Positions 38,711 to 52,924 of a stretch of DNA of 64,000 nucleotides are shown here, in pieces (position 1 is the first letter of the stretch; the number at the start of each line of letters is the position of its first letter). The stretch spans positions 57,352,642-57,416,641 of the forward strand of contig NC_068984.1 of NCBI RefSeq assembly GCF_001194135.2, read 5' to 3'. The notes under the pieces were generated by a model. It had not been told where the DNA came from. It made no database searches and saw only the letters and a program-made list of their open reading frames with translations. The DNA comes from Octopus bimaculoides. Lineage: Eukaryota. The translations under genes and the position numbers were made by a program.

Positions 38711-39320
38711 CTTTATACATAAGTGTCATACAGTTTGCCCTTTACTCTGACAGTGAAACCCTTTATTACTAGTATAGAGTAAATGGAATGTGTAAAAATA
38801 CAAAAGGTTAAAACATTGCTTTAGTGGAAACTTATCAGAACACATATGAACACATGTTTGACATGCACACATACACATAAACTTCTGTCTATCTGTCTGC
38901 CTGACAGATGCATAGATAGATAGAGATAGATAAAGCACTGGTGAACTCCTGCTTATAGTTATCAGTAATATGTGGGAGGAAGGTATGTATGCACACATAC
39001 ACATGCACACACGGGTGCAATGAACTTTTGTAATAGTTGCCAGCTGTGTGTATGTGTAAGCATGTGTGTGCAAGGGAATGTATATATGCATACATGTGTG
39101 CACATGCATATAGACACAGAGGTAGAGATGAATTACTTACAATAGTTATCAGCTGTGTGTGTGTGTGTGTGCTTACATGCATATTTGTCTGTCTATATTA
39201 TCTCTATTATATATATAAAACACATGTGTCAGTCTATCTGTGTGTGTGTGTATATGTATATGTATATATATATGTGTGTGTGTATATATATATATATGTA
39301 TATGTATATATATATATATG

Positions 39321-39364
<44 letters not shown>

Positions 39365-40230
39365 NNNNNNNNNNNNNNNNNNNNNNNNNNNNNNNNNNNN
39401 NNNNNNNNNNNNNNNNNNNNNNNNNNNNNNNNNNNNNNNNNNNNNNNNNNNNNNNNNNNNNNNNNNNNNNNNNNNNNNNNNNNNNNNNNNNNNNNNNNNN
39501 NNNNNNNNNNNNNNNNNNNNNNNNNNNNNNNNNNNNNNNNNNNNNNNNNNNNNNNNNNNNNNNNNNNNNNNNNNNNNNNNNNNNNNNNNNNNNNNNNNNN
39601 NNNNNNNNNNNNNNNNNNNNNNNNNNNNNNNNNNNNNNNNNNNNNNNNNNNNNNNNNNNNNNNNNNNNGGGGGGCAAGTCTGTATATTTGTGTTGTGTTG
39701 TGTTGTGTGTGGTTCACTACAAAGGTTTTTTTCATTCATTCCATTTACTCTATATAACACATACTGATAAGAGGTAGTGGCAAGGGAGAGTAATCATTTA
39801 GATTATTTCCAAATCCTTCTCCTAACCACCTCACGACTTTCTACATCAAAATACAAATAGCTAAGTGGATTTAAAGAGAGGTTAAAATAGATTCCAGTCA
39901 ATAAGGAAGAAGACAGTAGGAAGGGAAAATGGAAGGAAGTTGATAAAATTATAACAGTAGTAATAAATGTATATCTATCATTGCTATCAGTGAGATAATA
40001 AATAGGTAGCAAGGTGGGGTGATAGGAGAATAAAATGTTAAGATGGCTTCAGTTGGCATGGAAGTGTGTGGAAATATTTTATATTTCTGTCCAGACTAAG
40101 CTAGAATGAAAATAAAATTAAGGTGTGTAGGCATAGGGGTAATAATGGTAATGAGGATTCCGTGATGTATCTTTCTATTTGATTTTACTTTTTAGACATT
40201 TTTCTTTCGTCAATGTTTTTATTTGTATTG

Positions 40231-40260
<30 letters not shown>

Positions 40261-40263
<3 letters not shown>

Positions 40264-40576
40264 GGCATGTGACTTGGCGGTTATGGTGAGTGGCTCATGA
40301 TTGTAAAGTTGTGAGTTTGATTTTCGTTGGAACATTGTGTCCTTGAGCAAGACACTTTATTTCTAGCTGCTCCAGTCTACTCAGATGACAAAAATGAATA
40401 GTACCTGCAATTCAAAGGGCCATCCTTGTTGCATTCTGTGTCACACTGAATCTTCCTGAGAACTACATTAAGGGTACACATGTCTGTGGAATGCTCAACC
40501 ACTTGCATGTTAATTTCACAAGCAGGTTATTCCATTGATCAGATCAACTGGAACCTTCATCATAACTGACAGAGTG
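40261..40576 (+). mobile_element. tRNA-headed SINE sharing its 3' half with the 10199 family; related copy at about 20570-20815(-)
   Basis: Different 5' segment (cattgtgtccttgagcaagacac) but the same caattcaaagggc...gagaactac.ttaagggtac...gatcaactggaacc 3' module. Confidence 0.8.
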
Positions 40577-40579
40577 TCA

Positions 40580-40624
<45 letters not shown>

Positions 40625-41633
40625 GAGAGAGACACATACACTCACACACACACACATATAGAGAGAGAAGAGACTGAGAGAATGTCTGTATCTTACATCT
40701 CTGACCACCATCTCTGTCATAGTGCATCCTTATCTCACAAATCCCACACATCATGTCATGTTATTTCTCCCCAATCTATGAGCTGAGGCTGGGTATTATG
40801 CTGCTGCTCTCCATCTGCTCTTTTATGTACTTCTACATATCACCTCCCCTCTCCTTGTCCCACACCTATTTTCCATTCCCTCACACACACAAACTGAGAC
40901 TCACCTTTGATCATGCCTCCACTTAAGCTCACTAACCATTTCCACTCTCCTTCCACACTTTTGTGAACCTACCCATCTAGCCATCATCGATTTCCTGTCC
41001 CTATTCTCCCTTATACCCACGTTCTTGTATCTTGAGGGTATGCTATGACACCTTATCTTCACCAGTGTTTCTCTCTTTACATGAAGTAGCCATGTATGAT
41101 CTATACAGCAAGGCAACTGTATTTCCTGTATTTCTATCAAACTTTAACCTCTCAACACCTGGTGCAAAGCCACATTCCTCAATACTGCACTTCCAACTTA
41201 TTTTGCATGGGTTTGTTTTGTGAGTTACTTGAGCTCACAAATACCAGTGCCACAAAAATATCACCCTGTAGACTCGAAGCACCAATACAAGAGAGATTTT
41301 TTCATGTCCTTGGGAAGACTAGAGAGTCCTCACAACCTTCATTGTCTCCATTCACCAACACACTTGACAGAATGTATTGGATGTATTTTATCATGGCACC
41401 AGTACTAGAGAGGTTTCCTTATCTTCTGCAAGACTTGAGTCCTCTCTACATTATCTTTGTTCCTTTAAAGCAAATATGACAGAGAAGAGGAAAGAAGTGT
41501 GACTATGAGCATGAAGCGAGTGGAGAGACAGAATGATAGAGTGTAAAGGTTGTAGGGAAGAAAGTAATTGGAGGGAGACAGTTATAACTAGATAATAGTT
41601 GTAAGAAAACATAAACATATCATGTGATAGTAA

Positions 41634-41742
<109 letters not shown>

Positions 41743-43113
41743 GTTTTCTCTCTTTTCCTGATAATTCAATTCTCTTTTCCTTGTTCCTCATTTTTTCTAA
41801 GATAAGCTTTATACAGACTGTTTACTTGTTAGTAAATGTGGTTTAAATTTTCTCATACCTGATGATTCAGTTAATGAAATGAACCACAGAAACACTATAT
41901 TTAAATATTGAGACAAATCCCAGACAATCAGCTTAATGCTTTTATCTTTGGAAGATACTGTGTTGTATCCTATCTAAATTTAAGTTGTAGTCTGTTAGTT
42001 TAACACTTTGCAGATCATATTCTGAAATATACTGTATGCATTTCAATTAATTTTGAAAATAATTAGAATGTGGAATGGTTTTATAAAACAACTCAGATTT
42101 TCATTTTTCAGTAAATAGGGAATTGAGAGACTCATTAGAACACTGGAAAAATGCTTTACATATTTGTTCTGGCTCTTTACATTCTGAGTTCAAATCCTCT
42201 CAAGATCAACTTTGCCTTTTATCCCAACTGGTTGATAAAATAGAATGTCAGTCAAGTATTGAGTTTGATGTGATTAATTAGATCCCAAATCCTCAAAATT
42301 GCTGCCCTTGCACCTAAATTAGGTGTTGGGAACATGACTAAGCAAAATGTTCAAAGTTTCTCTCATAAAATTATGATAGAAAGGTTCGATTCACTTATGG
42401 AAACTTTTAAATGATAAGTTTTATATCATGGTGCAAAGGGTAATCTCAGGTGGTTTTGTATCAAAAGGGTTAATGTTTCAAATATCTTTTTGTTTTACTC
42501 TGTATAATTTAGTCATAATGCATCTTTTAAAATGTATAACATAATACATCTGATAAAACTCAGCCAGCTCTGCTTCATATTTTTTATGCTTGCTTTTGGG
42601 AGGTTTAGAAAATAGAATATTTCAATCACATAAGTCATAGATTCAGCATTTGAAAAAGAATTTTTAATTGGTAATACACATGGTAAAGTTTCTAGAAGAG
42701 AAAAACACATAACAATGATAACATTATTAAACTATTTTAACACAAGCGCTGAGGAAGGTTTAACATGACATAAAATGGCATGAAACTTTGTTATGGAAAG
42801 TAAGGAAAGCCAACTTTAGTCTCATTGAAAAAGAAAAAATTGACTGTTGGATGAGAAAATTCTAGTTTGTCATTAATCATGAAATAATTTTCCAAATGTT
42901 TACTTTTTCAATTTTAGAAAAGTATAAAGAATTTTTTCAACAACTGTCCCTGTCTTTTACATTTCATATTTTGTGCTCCATGTCATGTGTTTTTTTTTTT
43001 TGTTCCTATCACTGACAGTTAGGGAAGAAGCAGTGAGCAAATCCTATGAAGCTGGATGGTCCAATTTTCACTTGACAAGGTTGTCGTGAGTTCACAGTGA
43101 AACTAAGTATTTA

Positions 43114-43364
43114 TATAGTGTTGGTGCATAATTATTGCCGCTTTTTTCAACAAATTTTATTCAACAAAAACAATAACATGTAACAAAAACATCTTTAAAT
43201 GATTACTCTGGAGCATATTCACCACCTACTTCAATTACTGCTTCCCATTTGCTTGGCGGAGGGTCAGACCATCATTTAAAGATGTTTTTGTTAAATATTG
43301 TTATTGTTTTTGTTGAATAAAATTTGTTGAAAGAAAGCCGCAATAATTATACACCAACCCAATA
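43114..43364 (-). mobile_element. Mariner-derived MITE with inverted arms of about 90 bp, retaining the transposase C-terminal codons
   Basis: Terminus TATTGGGTTGGTGTATAATTATTGCGGC resembles the Hsmar1/MADE1 TIR and has TA ends. The internal minus strand reads PSKWEAVIEVGGEYAPE*. Confidence 0.85.
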
Positions 43365-45904
43365 GATATAAGTCAGTTTGAACTGAGAACATAAGGATGG
43401 ACAAAATGCCACTGAGCATTTTGCCTGGCATGCTAACAATTCTGCCAGCTACTATAATTGACATTGCTATGTGTTCGTTTTTGTAATGGATTATAATATA
43501 CCATTTATAATATTAACTATTTTATAGTATTAACTATTGTAACTGTTTACTTTCTACATGTGAATGTCAAGCATGCACAGATTAAATTGATTATTGGGTA
43601 CATGCTTCACTTTTGTACACTTGAAGTTTCAGCGAAGTTAAACAAATGAGATCTATCATAAATAGCAGTATACAGATCAATTTTGTAAGTCTGAAGAAAT
43701 GTCTCCAAAACTAGGATCAGCTTATAGGGTAGGGATAAAATGAGCACCTTTACTGTTAAGTGGTAAATAAGTAGGGAGCAGTATTCCTAACAATCATTGT
43801 GCACTACTTACTGTAACTCTAGCAAGTTGCTACAAATAGTTCCAGTTAAAAATTGAGTTCAGTGAACTTAGTTAATACCTTTAACAAATCAATTTTTGGC
43901 CTCAAATATCTTGATTAAAGCTTGAGTTCAGTGATTGATTAGTGGTAATGCAAAATAATGATAAATAACCAGTATACAACGACAAGCACATTCTGTTTTC
44001 AACAGCTGATTGTAAGCACTAACTGATATGCCACTGGCTGTTTGTTTACATCACCAATGGAAATAGCTAAGGGTGGTATTAAGGTTGGTTCATTTAGGTA
44101 CTTTGTAGGTGTACTATATTTTACAGTATATGGTGTGTGTGTGTGTGTGTATTAGAACAACCTTTGAACAGTTGTCAATGAGTACAAATTACTTAGACAT
44201 TTTGGAAAAAGTGTACTGCCATATTTTACTATATGGTATATTACAGTCATCAGTTAGAATACCTCTCAAACAGCCATCAATAAAACATCTCCAGTATGTT
44301 TGGGGATCAAACTATTTTGTAGATATAGGTCCAACACAGAATTATTAGCTAAGAATCCTAAGATCTACTTACAAGCAGTGTCATCTTGTATGCCACAATT
44401 CACAGTATTTACCTGTGAATAAGATATTAGACTTATTTCCATAAACACTTTTTAAAGGAAGTGAATTCAACACTATTTGCCAATGAATCCCTTATCCCTT
44501 TTCATATGAGCCCATTTCAAAGCATTTTTATTTCTATGGTATACAATCACCCATTTTAAAGCGTTTACTTAGAACTTTGTTGTAATTTTTTACATAAAAA
44601 TCCTTTGCTATATTCCAAACACCAACTTAATAATAAAACAAATTATTTTATTTAATCCTTGATTATTTTCAAAGTCTATTGAAACTTATACATGGTATAT
44701 AGAAACATAGCCAATCATTAAATATGATCGCAAAGGAGTCACAGTTTAACTGCTACTTCCAACAATAGATTATACCACTTCATAATATTCATTTATTAAC
44801 CTGAAGTTAACCATCAGGAGTTAAGTGTCTTGGTTGTAGGTACTGTACATTGCCTTTGAGAGGATATAAAGTACCAACTTCTCAGTTGTATAGTAACCTA
44901 TCAAGCTATTCACATTCACTTCAACATCATGACTTACTTGAATCCATTAGCTTAAAATTAACATTAAGCATGAAACTTCTTGAAAGCTAGAGGTTTACAT
45001 TTCACCATACAAATTGTATTCCATAAACCTCAGAAAAATATTCTCAGTTGGTATACCAACAATCACCACAAATAATAGTAACCAGTATATTTAAGTGATT
45101 CAGAAACAGTTGCAATTCATTCTTTAAGAGACATCTCAGCTGTTCTGTTTCTATTGTTTCACCATTACTGTGTTTACACCTTCTTTAACCGATCAACCAA
45201 TCATGAAACTACTCAAATAGATTTATCATACTAAATGAACTCGTTATCTCTGCACGTTGTTTAAACCAAAATGAAAGGACCAATAATGGTTCTGTCCTTT
45301 TTCTAAAGCTTTCCAAAAATAAGCCTTTAATAGCTTTAACCTTCTGTACATTTTGTTAAAACTTTTTTTTTTTTTGCATTATGATTTTAGAAAGAAAATT
45401 GTTCTTATGAGTATGTATTTTTATATATTCTTTTTATTAGTTGAATAATATTGAAAATGGGTAAAACACGAAGCTGGACAAATGTTTTTTTATTTTCTTT
45501 TTTCTCCTTTAATTTTGTATTTGGATTAGCCTTTGTTTTTCTATCCTTTCATTTTTTTTTTAAATCTGGCTTTTGTTACTAACTTGAATAGTCTGCTCTT
45601 TTTGTTTGAAAGAATTTTATTTATTTTCTATGATAAAAATTGCTTTTTCGAAAAGTGCCTACAATTGTATTTATTAGATTTTGGCATCATCATCGTCGTC
45701 GTCGTCGTCATCATCATCATCACCAGAGGATGCTGCATCTATATTAAATTGCAGATTAATATGATGTATTCACTACCATTTTTGAAAGAATTCATGAGGC
45801 TTTTGTATAATTCATTGCATATTCCAATAGAAAATATCCTCATTATGTTGTTGAGTTCCATATTCAGTAATACAGGGAAAGAGACATAAGAGCAATAATA
45901 ATGA

Positions 45905-45947
<43 letters not shown>

Positions 45948-46719
45948 GTAACAATAAAAAACAACAACAACAACAACAACATGAATAACAATAATCTCCA
46001 GATCAAAGGATGAAAACAGCTGCCATGTTCTCACCCTGAATATTAATCCTTCTCCTCCAACCAAGCTGAAAGTTTTAGTAAAGAGGAATTTTTTTTGTTC
46101 TGTTAATATCATTATTCAAGTTTATATTTGTGAGTATATTGTTGTGCATGCATGCACAACACATGCATATGTGTGTGTGTGCATTTATATGCACAAACAA
46201 TTGTGTTCGTATGTTTTAGTTATTTCTTATTTTATGTAATCCCCTAAATCTGCTTTAATCCTGTGTTGTTATTTTCTTTTTTTTTTAATTTTTTTTTTTT
46301 TTCCAATATTAGTATCTTCTCTCTTTCAAGTCTATTTATTGTTATTATGCATTGTTTTAAGGTTTGTGCTTTCTGCCCAGCTTGAATCTGGCTAAATAAA
46401 CAACCATTCTATTTGACCATTATAATATTTCCTATTCATTCATACTTGCATGGAACTTTTTTTTTTCCTTCTCTAAAATCTATTTGTATTGCTATCCAGT
46501 TAATATGAACAAACATTGGTGAAAAATAGATTATTGTCCCAGTACATTGTATTCAGTTTCTTTTCTTTACTGTTTGATAATTTGTGCAAATCCAGTTAGC
46601 GCTGGTCAAATAGACTTAAATTAAGATAACTGAATCAAATGTACAAAAAAAAAAAAAAAAAAACACCCCCTTCAAACTCAACCTGCCAAACAGTGTAATT
46701 TATCACCTCTTCTGTTAGC

Positions 46720-47265
46720 TACAAGGTGCATTTCAGAAGTTTTGAGACTTTTTTAGTAGAGGCAGTTATAGCTGTCTTATATCATTGTAATTTTGGTATA
46801 TCATTACAATACACCTAATAAACTGACCTGCCAGGTTTTGTTTTTCCCGATTGAAGGAGACAGTTGTAACACTACTTTGAACACACCGTAGTATTAAACA
46901 CTGCTTCTCACAGCTGACTAGTTTTGCAGAGAGCAGTCAGGAGGTGAAGATAATTTAGAAGCTTGCTATGCAATAAAGTCTTGTATGAATTTGGCAAAAA
47001 TACTACAGAATCTTATGAAATGTCCCAGACTGCTTATAAATTAACTTGTATGAGCCAAGGATCTGGGGGGGGGGGGTTGTACTAGCACAAAAGGCTAAGC
47101 AAAGCATGGGCACTGGGAAGCACAAGATGATCTTTTTTGGCAGCAAGGGCATCTACATGCACTGGATACTCTCCGATCAGGCAGTCACCAAAGAGTACTT
47201 TGTAGATGTTCTGAGGGAGTTCAAGAAGAGATTTTGTTGCAAAAGGCCTGCACTTTTCCACACTT
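46720..47265 (+). mobile_element. Mariner transposon remnant, internally deleted and 3'-truncated
   Basis: TA-CAAGGTGC terminus. N-terminal YAIK...GKNTTESYEM.QTAY-like segment is fused to MIFFGSKGIYMHW...VTKEYFVDVLREFKKRFCCKRPALF. Confidence 0.8.
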
Positions 47266-47412
47266 GGGTTGAATTTTCCTATCTTATCTTTTAGAATTGA
47301 ACTTAATAAAATATGTATCGGTCTTCTATTGAGATTGATTGTTGGTATTATTATACTTAGAGTGAATGGCCCTACGCTAAGTATGCACTTGTACATTGGA
47401 GGGCAAGAGAGA

Positions 47413-47528
47413 GGTGACCAGGGTAATCCTGGACCTGTGGGGTTCCTGAATGGCTCTAGTTGGAGTTCCTCCTGTATCAGGAGGACTGCATCATTCATGT
47501 TATCACATACTGTGACTATTATGCATGC
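47413..47528 (+). repeat. Unclassified ancient dispersed repeat, second copy at 58204-58320
   Basis: Manual alignment gives roughly 70% identity; 26 of the first 35 bases match and all 9 mismatches are transitions. Shared core ctgtatcaggag.act.ca.cat.ca. Confidence 0.6.
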
Positions 47529-47629
47529 CATTATCACATTTCACTCTTTTCCATTTCTTTCTCCCCACATAAATTGTTTTCTGTCTTTGTGATTTTATCT
47601 ATGCTCCTCCTGTGGCTTATAAAAGAAAT

Positions 47630-47696
<67 letters not shown>

Positions 47697-47699
47697 GCT

Positions 47700-48317
47700 C
47701 CACCAAGGTTGACTTTGCCTTTCATCCTTTCGGGGTCGATGAAATAAGTACCAGTTACACACTAGGATCAATATAATTGGCTAGCCCCCTTCTCCAAAAA
47801 TTTTCAAAGCCTTGTGCCTAGAGTAGAATTAATAATAATAATAATTATTATTATTATTATTATTGCAGCTAGCTGACAGAATCATTAGCATGCTGGACAA
47901 AATGCTTAGCAACATTTTGTTCTGAGTTCAAATTCTGCCAAGGTCAACTTTTCCTTTCATCCCTTCAGAGTCAATAAAATAGGTACCAGTTGCATTCTGG
48001 TGTCAATGTAATAGACTTACACTACACCCCCAAAATTTCAGGCTTGTGCCTTTAATAGAAAGGATTATTATTATTATTATTAAGGTGGTGAGCTGTCAGA
48101 ATTATTAGAATGCTGGGAAAAATGCTTAGCAGGATTTCGTCCATTTTTACATTCTGAGTTCAAATTCCACCAAAGTTGACTTTACCTTTCATCCTTTTGA
48201 AGTCAATAAAATAAGCACCAGTTGAACTCTAAGGTCAATGTAACCGACCTACCCCCTCCCACGAAATTGCTGGTTTTGAGCCAAAATTTGAAATTATTAT
48301 TATTATTATTATTATCA

Positions 48318-48370
<53 letters not shown>
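47700..48370 (+). repeat. Head-to-tail array of three (TTA)n-tailed SINE copies
   Basis: Units at about 47700-47850, 47862-48080 and 48082-48300, each ending in (TTA)n; preceded by (TAC)n at about 47630-47695. Confidence 0.85.
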
Positions 48371-48372
<2 letters not shown>

Positions 48373-48932
48373 CAGTATTGAGTACAGTAATAATACACCT
48401 GTGAAAAGTTGTTACACCCATTTCACATTTGGTGTCAAACCCTACTTGAGTGGTGGAATCAACTAATCTCCTCTATTTAAAGCTGCTGGTCTTGTGTCTA
48501 AATTAGAAGCAATTTTTTCTATCCTTTTCCAATGTGTAAAATACTCAATAACATATTATCCAACATTCCTTTTCTAAGATGGAGGGGTACAATTTAAAAG
48601 AGTCGGTTATTATTTTTAGCATGCAAAATTTCTGTCAATGTAATGGTGACTTCACTCATGTATGATAACATTGCCAAAATTGTTTCCTAAAAACTAGACT
48701 TCCTCATTAGGGTGTGAAAATATTCCAGCCCAGATTAGTTGCTGATCTTTTACAAAGCTTATGTAAGAGGATTATTGGGTGCTGTTCGTGTATCCTAGAT
48801 GATGTTGCTGCTGCTGCACATAAACATTTATGATCACATCTAAAACAAAGCCATTCAGCTCATTGGCAAAGATTCATTCCTCAAAATACTACATTGTTTC
48901 TTCTCTGTGCCTCTTTTTATGCAGCTGTTGCT

Positions 48933-48967
<35 letters not shown>

Positions 48968-51646
48968 TTGGAAAATTTATGGCATACCTGTTAACAGTGA
49001 CATGTCACAGGTTTTGCTTGAGGTGCGATGAACATGGAATAAAAATAATATCCCTGCAATATTATGTTCTAAAACGTTTATTTAACAGCATTTATCTAAA
49101 ACTAAAATGTACATATACATGTAATTAGTCTACTCACAGGATTATTAAAGAAATTAAAAATTCAATAGACTGGGCTAAAAATACTAATCATCACTGCCCT
49201 ATAGTGTTTCGTCTTACCCACATTTTGTTTTACCAACACTGCCATACAGAAGTTCAAGCTAAACATCAATCACATCAGTCTTTCCATTCTGGAAGTGCTT
49301 GCAAATATCATGCATAGCACTGCCGTTGCTTCTCTGATAAAACAAAACAAAAATAAACACTACTCCCCATCTACTTACAGTCATTAGCTATCCATCTCCA
49401 TGATACTTATTTATAGTTAGACTCAACCAGAGAAAAATAAGTATCTTTGCCAAGACTGCAGTGTTGTTAACATCAGCATAGACAACCTTTCAACTTAGAT
49501 ATTAGATAAATCCTCAACACTGCAATTAGAAACAGAATATTAAGATATGTGACTTCATTGAAAAGATCAATGACAATAAAATGTATTGAATTGAATTAGA
49601 TATTTAATCTAAAACACTGTCTTATGTGTAGATCTAAATGGAAAAATAATCTCATTTTACAATATTGAATTGTTTACCAACTGATTTTTGAGAGTAGACA
49701 GAGAAAAACTAGTAAACTGGCAAAAATGTCTTTAGGTATCTTTAAACAATAATGTGTTTTACAAGAGAAACTGTTGCTAAGCAGGCTGTATTTTCTTGTG
49801 TATTATTCATTAATTGATTATAAATTCTAGTGAATTTCTATCAACAGTCATATGAATTATTTTGATATTCTTCCACTTGAAAAATCTGTTTTTGTTTTTA
49901 TTACACTAAGCTCTTATAAATCATTGGGTACTATTTGAAACATCTAATTTCCAGAGGGGTTTTTCATGCTCAATTCCTTTCATTATTATTATGGCTCTAT
50001 TTGTTTCACCTAATTTGATTTTCACTTTTGGCTTATTATTTATTTGAGGTCTCAGACATGAATTCTCTCCATGATGAAACAACTTGAAAATATTAAAAGA
50101 ATTTTGTAATGTGGGTGTTAAAATATATTAGGCTGAAGACTCATTGACATTTTAAAATCCTCTAATAGAGAAAAGCATGGCTATTTTTTTTTTCTTTTAT
50201 TCTAAACAAGTAATTCTTTTTAAAAATTAGTCAAAAGAGGAAGGAGAATGCCAGTGATCTCATTGAATGCTCTCCCTGACTAATGAAAACGATGCTACTA
50301 ATGGCCAGCAAGAACACCTACAGGTGTTCTGGAGGAAAATTAAAGGTCGGTAAGGAACAGGAGGTTTGGTTTCAGTAGTTATAACAGATTAAACTCTACT
50401 AATGGCTCTCTAGGACCAGATGGTGGAAACTGTGGGCAATAAATGTACATAGGTATGTGGAAAAGTTGACACCACGGTAGGCATTCCACAACTGTGAAGA
50501 ATCCAATCTTCTGTTTCACTGTCTTTAGCAAGATGCTCCATGCACCTCCATATGAAAGATGTGGCCTCTGACTTTCAGACAGATCTTGGCAATAAAGTTC
50601 CATTATCGCTATTAATTGGTTCTATGTCATATGGTTTTATGTCATTTAACTTAGCATGGATGAGTGGTAAGATGTTTGCTCCCAACCACATGGCTCTGGG
50701 TTCAATCCCACTGTGTGGAACCTTGGGCAAGTGTCTTCAGCTATAACCACAGAACAACCAAAGCCTTGTGAGTGGATTTGGTAGATGGAAACTGTATATT
50801 TGTGTGTGTGTATGCCTTTGTGTCCTTTGCATCTGTTGCCCCCACCACCACCACCACTTGACAATCAGTGCTGGTGTGTTTATATCTTTGTAACTTGGCA
50901 GTTTGGCCAAAGAGACCGATAGAATAAGTACCAGGCTTAAAAAAGTAAGTACTGGGGTCGACTCACTCAACTAAAATTCTTCATGGCGGTGCTCCAGTAT
51001 GGCTGCACTTTAATGAAAAAAAGTAAAAGATAAAGGATGTTGTTTTGAGGATTTTTTTAATAAAAAAACATCAATGGAAACATCAGCACTGTTGTTTACA
51101 TTTATTTCATTTTATGTAAGTTACATTTAGACCTACAAGATCTATATATATATATATGTATGTATTTGTTTCTCCAGGTTGTTTGTGAGTTTGTGTTTAT
51201 AATTATGTGTATGCATGATGTTTATATATGTGTGTATATGTATATATGTATGTACATATTTATGTGTGTATTTATGTGTATATGAATATATACATGTGTA
51301 TATGTGTGTGTTTATATACACACACATAGATGTTTGTATATATATTTTTATTAATATTTAGCAAAAGCAACAGAGTGACTCAAGAACCGAGAGTTTCATG
51401 TACTGACACTATTCAAACTTGATAGAGTTTGAGTGAATACTCTATAATGTAGATAGTTTATTGCTATACTGTATTGCAGAGATGTTACATGTACAGAGAA
51501 GGTGTTTACATTCTATACATATAGTGTTAGCTAAAAGTCTCTTGATATATCTGTAGTACATTGAAATCAACTTACAGAGGTAAATATTGTTGGGCAGCCA
51601 TACAGCAGGCAAACCAGATATTATTTTAACTGCCTGAAGACAATTC

Positions 51647-51700
<54 letters not shown>

Positions 51701-51778
51701 NNNNNNNNNNNNNNNNNNNNNNNNNNNNNNNNNNNNNNNNNNNNNNNNNNNNNNNNNNNNNNNNNNNNNNCCTCTCTC

Positions 51779-51809
<31 letters not shown>

Positions 51810-52924
51810 AAGAGGTGGCTAATGTAAAAGGTAGTATGAGGTATGAATTACTTAGGGAGGGTGTGATAGGTGGTGAGAGGAAGGGCTAGTAGCGTTTTGA
51901 TTACATGTAGAGATATACTTTACAATAGGCCCCTTTATTCTTAACAATAAATAAAAACTCAGATCAGGAACTAGGTGTGTCTGTTTGTAGATGTATGCAA
52001 AATGAGAACCAGTCATTATTTAAATGTTTTGTGTTTGAAGTCAGTAGAAGTTCAACAGCTATGTATAATGGTTAAAGAAGGGAAAAAGTTTTTATTACAA
52101 AATTTTTATACTTAATTACTACAAACTACTATCTTGCTTATGAATACATACACATTTTCATGCACGCACACACACACACACACATCTATGCACGAGTGTA
52201 TATACTTTCATGCATATATACATGAATGCATGTTACTATACACATACATGTGTAAGTATATAATCTCAATCATACTTGATAGTTTTAGTGGTGTGTTTTC
52301 GATTGTAATTTAATATATGTTATCTATCACAGAATCAGTATTTTCTTATCTTTCTCTCTGTTGCATGGATCCTTAACTCCACACCCAACTGTATACTTGT
52401 AATGATGATAATTCCAGTTTTCTAATGACTATTGCTACCCTAGAAATTTCATAATTTATGTATTTGTTGTTGTTGTTTTTATTAGAGCAAAGTTGTTTCA
52501 ATATCTTTTGGCTGTCACCTAAATTTTATAAATTGGCACCATGCGTAAATGAAGTTATACATTAAGCCAGTAGTGTAACTTCAAGCCTGGAATGTCTATC
52601 ATATGTATATAAACATATGTAGTCTTTTGTGGAGATTATTTGGAGTCTATTGAGAGCATATGAATTCATCCAACTGGATTTTCATGTGTGTAATATTTTT
52701 AATCTTTCCTGAACTTTGGTATAATAAAATAATGCTACATGCTCTCTTTAGTGTACTCTTCACAGCAAGACAAAATACATTGATATCACACATCATAAAT
52801 TCAGTTTTCTGTCTATGGTGAGTTAAAAAAATCTGTGGTGTAACAACATTGTTTATTTTTTGCAGCAAGATTAAAATTCTATGCTTCTTAAAAGGTATTC
52901 CTTATATTTCAATATATAGATATA

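Noticed and set aside
40860-41450. Possible old LINE fragments here and at about 50220-50600 and 60060-60340
   Set aside because: Only vague motif similarity across many stops; cannot be classified without a profile search.
47380-47450. Collagen-like GERGDQGNPGPVGF frame in ORF 47269-47592
   Set aside because: Only 3-4 Gly-X-Y triplets and no splice sites; the DNA is a copy of the dispersed repeat at 58204-58320, where the Gly pattern is not preserved.
47630-48370. Regularly spaced repeats superficially resembling a CRISPR array
   Set aside because: Units are diverged SINEs of about 210 bp separated by microsatellite tails in eukaryotic DNA; no unique spacers or cas genes.
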